From Microthyrium microscopicum (taxonomy: Eukaryota), in assembly GCA_010405405.1 (NCBI GenBank), contig MU004231.1, positions 980,153 to 1,044,152 of the forward strand: DNA of 64,000 nucleotides. Reading direction: 5' to 3'. Under the pieces are notes generated by a model. That model saw only the letters and a program-made list of their open reading frames with translations, searched no databases and was not told where the DNA came from. The translations under genes were made by a program, and so were the position numbers. This document shows positions 12,393 to 23,866 of the stretch, in pieces; position 1 is the stretch's first letter; every line of letters begins with the position of its first letter.

Positions 12393-13955
12393 ATGTCTGC
12401 GGCAATCACCAATGCATCAATTCAATCAGATGCCAATACGAAGCGATCGAGATGGAAGTTCTTCCCAAAGGACCGCCGCAAGTCTACAGACGGGCCAGAG
12501 AGCATGGCTACGGACAGCAGACTTCATACAGCAGACTCCACGTACGATAGCAGTGGTTTTAATAGTCAAGCATCCGAAAACGAAAGTAGCGGAAACTCGA
12601 GTCTCAATGCGCAAACATCGCCCGGTGGAATGTCATCAGCAGGACACCCATCTCAAACTGCACAAACCCCTCAGAACCATGCTACTCCAGCAAAAGTCCC
12701 CGAGCCTGGGTTGCTGAACCCGAATCATGCTCTTGGTCATACACAGGTTAGAGCATCATCTAGCGAAGATGTCACCATGACAAGTCCAACGATACGCAAA
12801 GAAGTCCACCATGATGCTGCTTCCGGAACAGCAGTGACAACAGTCACTACGACAACTACGACAACCACAACTATTATCGGGCCTAATGGTACTACTGTTA
12901 TTGAAGAACCAAGGCATGAACTCGGAGATGGCAGAAGAACTCCAGAGCCGTCAGCTCAGAGTGAAGCTGTGTCTGCTGCAATCATTGGCCAGGGCAACGG
13001 TCATCTAGCAGGCCAAAATGAAGCTCAAGACACGCAACAAGGATCTGGGCAATGGAATCCAATGACTCCAGGACATCGGCCCATACCCCAGCGAGGTGCC
13101 AATAGTAGCATGACTGATTTGAGACAGTCCACTCCAATTGCAGATCAATATCAAAGTAATGCACAACCAGAGCTTCCTCCTCGAAGTATGTATAGGGCTT
13201 TTTCTCCCGGATCGAAGGCTCCAGATAGTAATGTGCAGGTCAATAATGAACCAACTACACCAGTCAGCCCCTTGAGGACTTCTCAGAACTTTTCATATCC
13301 TACAAAGGAAAAAGCCCGACAATGGCTGGATCAAGCTTCTCAGCCACAGAACGGGCAGCCTTCAACTCTGGCAAATTTGAAAATGGCCGCTGCAGGAATA
13401 CACGTAAGTTGCATATAGACAACTCTTCAGATTCTTGTCTAACATTTTCAACAGGGAGCAGGAGAAGCTCTTCGCGGAGCAATTTCTCAGACAGCCGACA
13501 ATCGTTTGCCAATCGGCAAGCCTGATGAAGTAAAAAGAGCGAAACATCAGGATGTCATCGATACTGGCAGATATGAAATTACGAACCGTCAGTTCGTACC
13601 GCGTGAACAACAGCGTGGCAGACAAGAACCAAGATTTTACCCACAAGGGCCTCAATCTATACCACAGCCAACGCAATCTCCATCCCTTCCGACTCCTGTG
13701 CCTGATGGCCAGCCAACGCATGTCGAGTTGAATCGCAGACGATTTTCGAATGGCTATGATGTAAAAACGATCCAGACCGAGGAAAGTTCGCCGCCGAAGA
13801 AAGGAGGCATTGGGAAGTGGTTGCGCAAATCTCGATCACATCCTAGCGACAAGGACGTGAATGCTAGTGTTGCTACGGAGGAGAAGAACTTCGAGGCAAA
13901 CAATGGAAAGTTAAGGAGACGCAGTAAGACTCCGCTTGGTGCGGTCAGAGAATAA
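12393..13955 (+). CDS. Low-complexity hypothetical protein (intron 13404-13454)
   Basis: Long S/T/P/Q-rich ORF with a poly-Thr run. The GTAAGT...CAG splice gives AAAGIH-GAGEALRG and stays in frame. Confidence 0.7.
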
Positions 13956-14419
13956 ACGCCAATCGTGTTTTATATAGCAACAGGTACTTAACTTAATGAA
14001 TAGACATGTAAAATGTCTCTAATGCTAGCAGCAAATGATAGAAACAATTCCACCTGACAACTCAAGCGACATTACCATCTCAAATGACCTTCCCAAGTGA
14101 ATTGAAGTTCGAGAGCGGTTGGGTCCGGGAGACACTATCGTAAGCTTGCTATCACCATTCTAACCACTTCAAGAACTATTGTGGTTTTGGGGGAAGATTG
14201 CAGTGATGTGTGAATTGCATGGTGAGAGAGGAAAACTTTAGGTTCCACAACCACATGTTATCTTCGAGCATGATGTTCCGTACCAGAAGCGAATTAATAG
14301 GTTATTGACACTGAGTAAAGACACGTAGACTATTGATCAATGTGTACATAAATACTTCCAAGGTTAAGTTAAGTAGTACTTGAGATGTCTGTATACGTCC
14401 TCTGACTAGGTGAGCTATC

Positions 14420-15288
14420 CTATGCCTTGAGGATCTTGACAAGCTCAGTAGCGAAGCAGGTTGCTACTTTCTTGTCTCCAGTTGCACTGAAATGTACGCC
14501 ATCACGGGTGTCGGAAGATGGATTGAAGCCGGCAGCGCAGTCTACCACCGTGATTGGAGATGCAGCGGTCGACTTGGTTGGGGCCCAGGCTGCAATGGCA
14601 GAGTCCAATGCCTTGGTATCAGAGCTCTTGCTTGGAGGAATTTGTGCGACCTATTGGAGAGAAATCATGATCAGCTAAATGTGATTGAAAGAGGCGAGAA
14701 GCATAACTTACCACAATCTTCATCTTGGGGTTGCTCTTGCGCATCTCATCAACAAATTGTCCGAATGCCTCAACAATGGTCGGGGGCTTGCCACCGAAAG
14801 TCTGTGAGAATGGTTAGCTTCCGCAACTTCTGATACCAATATCTTCTGGACCTTACCAAATCGTTAATTCCGAGAAGGATGAGGACAATGTCTGGGGTGA
14901 CCTTGGCTAGAACCTTTGGCAACAAGTTCTCCTTTGGGTCGTCCCATTCACCTCCAATGCCACCGAGCTTTCCCTTTGGTCCAAAAGTGCCCTTTGAGGT
15001 GGCCTTGAAGGCAGGATATCCTTCATGACCTCCCTTATCGGCGCAGGAAGATCTTTGAGTGCCAACCATCTTGAATTTGCCGGTCAATCCTTGAGCATCG
15101 AGCATCTTCGCGAGGTCACCTCTCCAGCAGGTCTATCAAAAAAGGTTATTAAATGAAACCATCATCTGTGAAAGAAGTGTACTCACCACTGCTGTTGTAG
15201 AATCGCCCATTGGCATGATCTTCACCTGTGCGAAAATTGAAGGCACGAGAAGAGCGCCGCATAGCAGCGATGCGATTGATAGAACCAT
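14420..15288 (-). CDS. Secreted SGNH/GDSL hydrolase (CE3-like esterase), multi-exon
   Basis: Signal peptide MVLSIASLLCGALLVPSIFA; block I KIMPMGDST; HEG; PDIVLILLGIND; DGVHF. Confidence 0.85.
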
Positions 15289-16977
15289 CTTGTGTTGGAG
15301 AATATTCAGACTGTAAAGGAACGAGGTCTTAGCGTGAGTTTCCGAGCGTAGTCAAATTTTGGCTGCGGCGGAGAACTTATATACATCTGGGGTAGATCGT
15401 ACATATTTGCTCTATTACCATGAGATATAAAGTTTTATATTAAAACCTGACGGGAGCTTGGGGTCAGCTTTGGATATGGACGAATCAGTCTTCCAGACCA
15501 ATCAACCCTAATATCTACTGGTACCATCTTTCCCAATGTCTAGATCGGAAGTTCCGGGATTGTCTAATATAATATGTACAAAGGTTCGTTCTATGCCCTT
15601 TTGGGTATCCTCATTTTAATGGACTGGGTATTGTGGCAAGAACTGGGAATGATGCTTCTTAACGAGAGCATGGCCGTGCAATCACAAGATCAGCTAGCAT
15701 CACTGAATAGGAGCCCATAAATACAATGAATCTACAGTGGATATGCAGCACTCTACCAGTCAGGATCGGATAAACGTAGACACTGGGCACAATTGCCTAA
15801 ACCTTGAGTGCGCACAGCATCAGAACTTTTTCAAGGCATGCTGAAACTCAAGTATATATTGAATCCGCACTACCATTGTAGTAATAGCACCTTTTGGCAG
15901 GCACTAGCAATTCTGAAGTGGTAGGTAGGGCCAGGTATCCAGGCAGCCAGGATATGCAATGGACCACAGAGCCGATACACTGACGCGACCAGAGAGAAGG
16001 TAAGTTCCATGCCTGTAGATTCGAGGCTGCGGTGAATATTCAACGGATGGCGTAACGAAGACTGAGCAGCCGTCTTTTGCTTAAAATACCGAGCAACGAA
16101 AAGTGCTTCTCAGTCGAGATTATATGCTGAACGCTTGCGCGCATAGGAGAATCCGCGATCCCAGTTGTCAAAGAGGCACTTGATAGGTCTTTTTTCGTCA
16201 CTACACTGGCCTTATAACGGGTAGCTACTACGGAGTACAAGCAGGGCGAGCTGGAGTCGTAGTCAACATCTTCCTTGGACGTTCATGAGGTGCGCTTATA
16301 GCAAGTTTGATGTGGTTGCCACCACCAGGTGTTACTTTTGATGAAGCAGATATGCCGAATCTGCCTTTGAGTTGGATGAACCACGCCGATTCTCAATGTC
16401 TCATGCGTCTTATCGTGAATGATTGAATGATGTTTTGTCTGTAATCCGTTGCGCCTTATAAGGTATTTTGGCGATTGCATCTGACAAGCAAGAAATTGTG
16501 GGAGAAAATGGAGTCAGATTAAAAGATGAAGATCATTATTAGCCGTCCGAATCATTCCAGCGTAAAAATGATTTGAGAAGAGAAAATAAGAAAGGGCGAA
16601 AGGCTAGAACTTGAACTTGAAAAGCCAAAACTTAAAAGGGTCCAGATCTACACTACTCCTGTAACGTGTAGCGTGTAGAGGCAGAGAGGCATCCAATGAA
16701 ATCACAAGTATCCAAGCCACAACCCGATTAGTGCCTCTACGACCTCCATCGGTCGTCCTTTCAGTCTTGTTCAGAATCCGGATCCAGCTCGTCGAAGCGA
16801 CAATGGAGTACCTCAACTCCTCAACTGCTCCGCGAACGTTTTGATTCTCATCGACACCTAGTACTGCGAACATAACCTGGACCTAGGAATATTCATGTCT
16901 TCAACGTCAGTTCCAAGACAAGATGCATTGAAAGAGTTGCAACCTAACGCGTCATTGCGCCTAACACCACATTCGAC

Positions 16978-19935
16978 ATGTTCAACTCTAACCTGGTCGG
17001 CCAGGACCAGCTCAGGCGAGTCGAACCAAGGTGGAACAAATCGATGGTCGTAGCATCAATTGCCATCTCATTTCTGGGGGCATTTACGTCAACTCAACTC
17101 ATGTGTCATGCAAGAGCAGCGGTGCACTTTTCCAGTGTTTTCGTTTGGGCATTGCTCGGAAGCTTAATATTTGGGTTTTGCTCAGTATGGAGCCTTCACG
17201 AGGTTGCTATGTTAGCCTACGAGTTTGATTTGTCAATTGGAGTTGACGCGCCTTTGACGATTTTGAGTGCGTTGCTTGCTGTATCGTTTACATTCATGGC
17301 GATGGCGGGCGATTTGCTTTATGATCGATATCGCTCTGGGAGACATGGACGACAGCGTCAGAAACAAAGACGTAAAAGAGGCAAGCGCATAGCACGCGAC
17401 CATGTTTTCAACACAGGGCGAAATGCTAGCTCGACACCGTTGCTTGCGCTTCCTGATGCCGACGAGGAATCGCTTCCAAGTTGCGAACCATCTCCCAATC
17501 CATCACCAATGGAGCGACCGGACATGAAAGACTATGCTCAGCAAAATGGAGAAATGGTTGCGTTTGCTCGACAATCATCACAGCCTACCTCACCACAACA
17601 TACTCCAAGCGCAGTCTCACCGCTCAGAAAACCACTAGAGGTCGATGAACGGGCGGTGTCGGAGACCGAAGACGACGAATCAACAGGCTTACGTCGATCT
17701 AGCGATCAAAGCTCTAGTGAATACTCTTATTTTCGGCGTCTCTCTGGCGCAGACTCCAGCTCTGGATCTTTCGGATTGCGCAGCGCCGTAGGCTTCATCT
17801 ATCACGATGGCACCTTACCTGCAAAAAATGCATTTATAGCAACAGCAAAGCTGCTTTACCTTGGTCTCACCCCCAGGAACATCGGCAAAGGATTTGTATG
17901 GTCTCTGGCTATCACTTCTATGCATTATGTCGGAATCTTTGCACTGAAGATCCCTCATGGTCATTACAAAATCAACACCGGACTTTTGATTCTCTCTGCC
18001 ATTAATAGTTGGACTGTCTGCTCTGTTGGATTTATATTAATGTCCAAGATGGAAACTCACTTGCCACAACAGATCCTATTCTCTGTTTTGGCAACGACTG
18101 GAGTTGCGGCGATGCACTTTACCGGGATGGCAGCAACCTCTTTCTATTCCACCGAGCCTCCATCTGAGAGCCGTGGATTTCCTCCGGCGCTAGCTGGCAC
18201 CATTGTTGGAGTCGCATTTGTCACATGCATTTTTGCTAATGTCCTGTTATCTCATTCTGCAACGGTCTCCCGAAACAAACTTGCAGAGATAGTATGGACT
18301 CGAAAGGAATTGTACAAGAACATCGCGCTCAAAGAACATGCTGAAGCTGCTGCTCGTGCAAGAAGCGAGTTTATTGCATCTGCCTCCCACGAAATTCGAA
18401 CACCACTTCATCATCTTCAGGGATATGCTGATCTGCTAGCTCAAACTGAATTGACGGAGGAAGGACGAGCGCTTATGACAGCAATACAACGGGCGACAAA
18501 GACGCTGTCTCTACTCACCAACAATGTCCTGGATTGGTCCAAATTTGAGGGTGATACAAATAGTGAATATCGACCCATTGCGGTAGATATACGAACTGTT
18601 TGTGAATCCATCATCACGTTATTACCAAATTTCGACGATGAAGCTACTGTCGACATCTATGTAGTAGTTTCTCCTGATGTACCGAAATGGCTCATGCTGG
18701 ATGAATCTTGGATACACCGGATTATCATGAATCTACTCTCAAACTCTTTGAAGTTCACAAAGTCTGGATACATAATTCTCTCATTGTATATGCAAGGCGA
18801 TCAGTTAATAGTCATTGTCAATGATACAGGATGTGGAATGGAGCCCAGCTTTATCCCGGACATGTGGACTCCATTCAAGCAAGGTGAAGTCAGAGGTTCT
18901 GCTCGTGGTACTGGCTTAGGATTGAGCATTATTCGGCAGTTGCTTCTACGTATGAATGGGTCCATTGATGTTGAAAGCAAATATGAGCAAACCCCAGGCG
19001 TGGGCCCTGAGCGTAGTGGGACAAAGTTCACCGTAACCATTCCTTACTGTACAAATGATTCCGGGCCAAGCTCTGTGAGCCAAGCAGAAAGGCCTAAAAT
19101 TGCACTTCTCTCCAGCAAGGCCCGTGCAAGAGAAGGTCTTGAAACCGCTTGGGAATCATTTGGATATGATGTAACGATTGTCAACTATGTTGCCGACTTG
19201 AGTGGAACGGTATGGAAATACGTCTGGGTGCAGTTGGAATTTCTAGTTGAAAACCAATCGGCATTATCATTACTTATTGCTTCCGAGGATCTTCTCATTC
19301 TTGTTCCCTACGACATGCAAGACACTCTGGACTCCTTCTCTGGACTCCTACAGGCACCAAACATTGTACTTTTACAAAAACCACTCCTCTGGCATCGCTT
19401 CTCCCATCGAATACTCGCAACTCGCCAACGACGACACTCAACAGCACCCACCCAAGCTCTCCGGTTCGCACCTCATGTGGAGGTACTTAGCGATTCTACA
19501 TCTACCATTACCCAACCTCTCCATGAACCCGCTCCCTCTGCCGCCCGCACTTATACAGTTCTTCTGGTCGAAGATAACGCCATTAATCGCAGACTCGGCG
19601 TGAAAATGCTTCAAGCACTATCCTACAAAGCACTTCTTGCCAACGATGGTGAGGAAGCTCTTTCCATGATGACTGCTCATGATAAAGAGATAGATTGTAT
19701 ACTGATGGATCAATCTATGCCAAAAGTAGACGGTGTCACTGCTACTCGCATGATCAGAGCCATGGAAGATGAGGGCAAAATAAGAGCTGGACGACCAATT
19801 ATTGCGGTCACGGCTGTCGTGAACTCACAAGCTAAAGAGGACTTTAGAGAGGCGGGCGCAAACGATTTTTTGGCGAAACCGTTGAGTTTACAGAAGCTCA
19901 GCGATATGCTTGGGACTTATTTACCCACAAGTTGA
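16978..19935 (+). CDS. Hybrid histidine kinase with N-terminal MHYT sensor repeats and C-terminal receiver
   Basis: MHYT-like SLHEV, SMHYVG and AMHFTG in hydrophobic segments; H-box SHEIRTP; N-box NLLSNSLKFT; G1 DTGCG; G2 GTGLGL; receiver VEDN...MDQSMP...KP. Confidence 0.92.
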   Translation: MFNSNLVGQDQLRRVEPRWNKSMVVASIAISFLGAFTSTQLMCHARAAVHFSSVFVWALLGSLIFGFCSVWSLHEVAMLAYEFDLSIGVDAPLTILSALLAVSFTFMAMAGDLLYDRYRSGRHGRQRQKQRRKRGKRIARDHVFNTGRNASSTPLLALPDADEESLPSCEPSPNPSPMERPDMKDYAQQNGEMVAFARQSSQPTSPQHTPSAVSPLRKPLEVDERAVSETEDDESTGLRRSSDQSSSEYSYFRRLSGADSSSGSFGLRSAVGFIYHDGTLPAKNAFIATAKLLYLGLTPRNIGKGFVWSLAITSMHYVGIFALKIPHGHYKINTGLLILSAINSWTVCSVGFILMSKMETHLPQQILFSVLATTGVAAMHFTGMAATSFYSTEPPSESRGFPPALAGTIVGVAFVTCIFANVLLSHSATVSRNKLAEIVWTRKELYKNIALKEHAEAAARARSEFIASASHEIRTPLHHLQGYADLLAQTELTEEGRALMTAIQRATKTLSLLTNNVLDWSKFEGDTNSEYRPIAVDIRTVCESIITLLPNFDDEATVDIYVVVSPDVPKWLMLDESWIHRIIMNLLSNSLKFTKSGYIILSLYMQGDQLIVIVNDTGCGMEPSFIPDMWTPFKQGEVRGSARGTGLGLSIIRQLLLRMNGSIDVESKYEQTPGVGPERSGTKFTVTIPYCTNDSGPSSVSQAERPKIALLSSKARAREGLETAWESFGYDVTIVNYVADLSGTVWKYVWVQLEFLVENQSALSLLIASEDLLILVPYDMQDTLDSFSGLLQAPNIVLLQKPLLWHRFSHRILATRQRRHSTAPTQALRFAPHVEVLSDSTSTITQPLHEPAPSAARTYTVLLVEDNAINRRLGVKMLQALSYKALLANDGEEALSMMTAHDKEIDCILMDQSMPKVDGVTATRMIRAMEDEGKIRAGRPIIAVTAVVNSQAKEDFREAGANDFLAKPLSLQKLSDMLGTYLPTS

Positions 19936-20757
19936 GGACGCACATTGTGTAAGCGATCAACCAACCATATAAAATGATGTCATGAGATCGAGGGCGGTCG
20001 TGATAGAGTAAGACGGCTCACAAAGTCTTACGTATCGAAGACTTACCGATCGAATCTCCTCCACGGCTCGAATATAATGGCGGCAGTGTCATGCGCGGCG
20101 CTAGGCAAAGGATTAGGACCGGCACGTCTTGGAACACATTTTTGGGGATTAGCAAGCCTTGGTATTTCTTGAATTACATTAATAGTTCTTTATATGGGAG
20201 CCTAGCGGCGCTCACATTTGTAGAATACATGTACATATTGGTAATTGAGCTAAATCCATGCTTGAAAATTGTTGGAGCACGCAATGAAAGTTGCTAATCG
20301 AATCGACTATGACATTTATTACGGCTACAGAGGTGGATATATCCGCGACACCCATCAATGTTGAGGCTTTATCAAAAGTGCCCAGTGTACTCGATGGTAA
20401 AAGCTTCCTGTTTATATCTACTCCATTTACTACTTCGGCACCTTTTTTCCAGATATCATGTTGAACTTAACATACACGTTGTCCCAGGTCTACAGCAAGA
20501 TGGAACTGTTCCAAGCTAATCGAGACGAAGCAAAGAAATAATCAAGGGCATTCGCCATTCAACTTGACGCCTTTCGCTCACCATTCATTTCTATCAGGCT
20601 TCAGCCTTGCTCGGATACAGTTTTCGCTTAATCTTTCCCTTTTTGGATCAGATCCGTGAATGGCCGAGATCAGTCCACTAAAAGGAAAGAGCGGGGCAGC
20701 AAGGAAAGTGCGGAAAAACCAGAGCGCCGAGTGCGGAAGGAGGGAGATTGAAGTATC

Positions 20758-20766
20758 TTATCAGAT
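20758..20766 (-). promoter_or_regulatory. SreA-type GATA motif ATCTGATAA
   Basis: TTATCAGAT on + is ATCWGATAA on -. It lies 40 bp upstream of the HapX-like ATG, and hapX is a known SreA target in Aspergillus. Confidence 0.6.
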
Positions 20767-20805
20767 GGATTCTTTTCCTCCTCATCCAACGACATCCCTC
20801 TCCCA

Positions 20806-22229
20806 ATGCTCACAATGCAGTCCCTCTCCAAGTCGGCCGCGCCCACTCAACCTTCCTTTAGTCCCATCAATACCTCCGGTGCCAGCAATGCTTCAAGTAC
20901 ACAAACTGCCGCCGCTGCCGCATTTCAGGCTCTTGTTCCGGTTGCCGTAGAAATCCCTTCACTCTCAACTCCAATCAGCTCTGGTGGTCCCATATCATGT
21001 AGCCGCGAGCTTCCCAAGAGGCCACGGCCTGGCCGAAAAGCCGACCCAAATCCGGCACCAACTAAGAAGGGACAGAGTAATCGTCTAGCTCAGCAGAAGC
21101 ATCGCCAGAAGAAAAAGGCTTTGGAGGAGCAGAACATAGATTACCACCGGCAACTGGCCGAGGAAAACAAGAGGCTAGCAAGAGCTATAGCACAGTCAGA
21201 AGCTCAAAATAGAGTACTAAAACGTCAAGTCCAGATCCAGAGGTGTGATCCAAAGGTCCTCGATTCACATCTTCCAGCATCCCCGCAAAGGTATATTTAA
21301 ATGCTCGTTCATAGCAAAGCAAAGCATATTAATAATCTCGTAGCACACAATCAGTCCAGCAGGCATCTCTTTCACCAGTATCGGAACCAACCACTCCGCA
21401 AGCACTAGCATCCCCTGTTGTTGGAGGATGCGGAGGATGCGTTGAAGGTGGCAGTTGTGCTTGTGTCGATAGTATGCTCGAAACAGGAGATTCTAGAGAA
21501 TATCAGACAAGTCCTGTACCTTCCATACAGGCCCTTCCACTAACATCAAGGCGGGACTCTACCAAAGGATTTTCAAATACTGTATCAATTCAATCGCTCT
21601 TGAGCACAACACCAGAACGACAGGTCGCAGAGCAGAATTCGACCACAGCGCCAAAACAATCCAACATTGATAACGAGATCGACTTTACCAAAGCCTTCAT
21701 ATCATCAAGTAGCTCCGGTACCTATGACCCAATCATGTCGTCTCTAGCGCCTAATAGGTGCGGCGCCTGTCCTCCCGATGAGCCTGGCTGTCTTTGTCGC
21801 AAGGCATCTGTTGCATTGCATAGCGAGGCTAGCTCCAGCAGTACAGCTGTCTCTCGTGCTACATCTGCTGCTGCCAACGGCCCTGGCTCTTGTGCTCGCT
21901 GTCAGGCCGATCCCCAACAGCGTGCCTGGTGTCAGAACCTTGCACTTCAGGCTGCAACCTCACCGTCCAGTCATCATTCCGATCTCGGCGAGTCGGACGC
22001 CAAGCGGCCTAGACTGCACTATGAGACTATCTCTTGCGCTGAAGCATACGATGTCCAGCAACGCTTCTCGCCAGCTAATGGAAATTCTCGTAGGATGTCA
22101 AGTCGTGTCTCCGCAGAAGATGTCATCAAGAGTGTGCAGGAACGACCGAGGGAGTACAGTGCCTTTGAGGTTGACATAGGTACTGTCTTGAGTAACCTGC
22201 GGCATTCGGGTGGTAGGAAGTCGGAGTGA
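20806..22229 (+). CDS. hapX: HapX-like iron-regulatory bZIP transcription factor (divergent; intron 21291-21343)
   Basis: Hap4L-like LPKRPRPGRK followed by a bZIP; Cys-rich regions CGGCVEGGSCAC, CGACPPDEPGCLC, GPGSCARCQADP...C and ISCAEAY; C-terminal FEVDIGTVL. Confidence 0.7.
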
Positions 22230-22577
22230 ATCCAGCTCTTGCTGAAAAGTGTATTTGCTGTCTGGGTGGTAAAGTGCTGTTATGCAGCCTTAGTGATAAT
22301 GTTTTATGATGCATGGTAAAGTTTGTACATTAGCCGGCGTTCTAATACCTCCAATGAAATTAAGTAGGCCAAGGTCTATTCCTCTCAGTATCTCATCATA
22401 CCTGTGGTCATGAATCCAAATTGTCCTTATATCTGACTCACATATATTCTGTCTCAATTGTAGTCGATCAAGCGAGATACAATCCCAGATTAGGTGGACG
22501 TGAGAATTGATCGTCTCAGCTATTAAGTTATTTCAGTTATGATACAAATATACATGTATATGGGTTTCCCAAGCTGA

Positions 22578-23554
22578 TCATGCCCTCTCTACCAACTCCT
22601 CTTCTCTTGTCCCATCACTGTTCATGAATTTGCCATCCAGAGTCAAACCCGGACCATGCGTCGAGCTCAGAACCACTTCATGAATCTCCTTGCCACTCCG
22701 CTCCAGCGCCGTAATCCGTCTGCGCACATCTCCTACAAATGCGGCCACGTTGTCTTTAAGCTGCTTCGCACTAAAAGCCATTTCTCCAATCGCCATGCGA
22801 ATCACGCTCATCCGCTCTCTATACTCAGCCGCCCGCGTCATCTCCCGCACTGCAGCGCCCACATCCTTCACCACAGTCTTATCCTTCTCGCTCGGCATTA
22901 ATCTTCTCGGCCCCAGTATACGCGCCACGCCTGATCGCTGAATTATTGGGAGCGCCTCTGGACTCGCAATACATCGGTCAAAGTCGACTTTGCCTTCCTT
23001 TATCTGGGCTAAAACATCTTCGAGGCCGACGAGTGTGGCGCCGGCTGCACTGGCTGCGCGAGCGGCTTTGCTGTCTGGTGGGACGAGGGCGCAGACGCGT
23101 AGGGCAGTGGAAATGGGAACTGGGAGGTTGAGGCGGCTCTTGAGGACGGGGCCGTCTTTGGGGGTGGAGAGTTTGATGGCCAGTTCATATTTCGGGGATG
23201 AGGGAGGGTAACCGACTTCAAAGGCGCGGAGGATTCTGTAAGATTAGGTTTTAGTCAGATTGTACGCAGCGAGTACATTGTGATATTGCAAATTTACCGG
23301 ATGGCCTCGCATAGAGAGAATTGTTCGGTCTTGTTGAGCGGTTGTACTGTGAAATGGGTGACTTTGGCTGCTTTTGCCTTACGCTTTTCGGCGGCTTCGC
23401 GTTCTTTTTTGCGCTTGAGGATGCCTACTTGTTTGTCGCTGATACTTCGTGTATGTATTATGAAAGAGGTGGTTCTATGCTTGGTGGCGGAAAGGGTGGT
23501 TGTGACATTTTTTGAAGTAGCAGAAAGCCATCTACTGCACGGCTGGCCAGCCAT
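22578..23554 (-). CDS. MRPL1: Mitochondrial ribosomal protein uL1m (one intron, about 23236-23297)
   Basis: Basic presequence; FSLCEAIR/ILRAFEVG, FDRCIA, VARILGPRRLMPS, EVVLSSTHGPG. Confidence 0.88.
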
Positions 23555-23866
23555 TGGGCTTGATAGAACGAAGTATGATGCGGATAGGGGATATTTAGCT
23601 GAAAGCGCAATGGTGTTGAGAAAAAGATGAGATGAACGAAGTTGAGAATTGATGACAGGGATATGGGTATAAGATCTGCCATTGGTTGAGCACTTTGATG
23701 CAGGGATCAAGGGTGTATTGCTGTTCCTGCCGCCAACAACGCTCAAGAATCGCCCCACTGCGGGCATAATTTCCTTCTCACCTTTGACTCACATCATTTC
23801 TTCTTCTGATATCTTCAATTTTCGAGTCAGAACGAGTTGGTTTGAGCGAGAAGAAACACAACCAAA

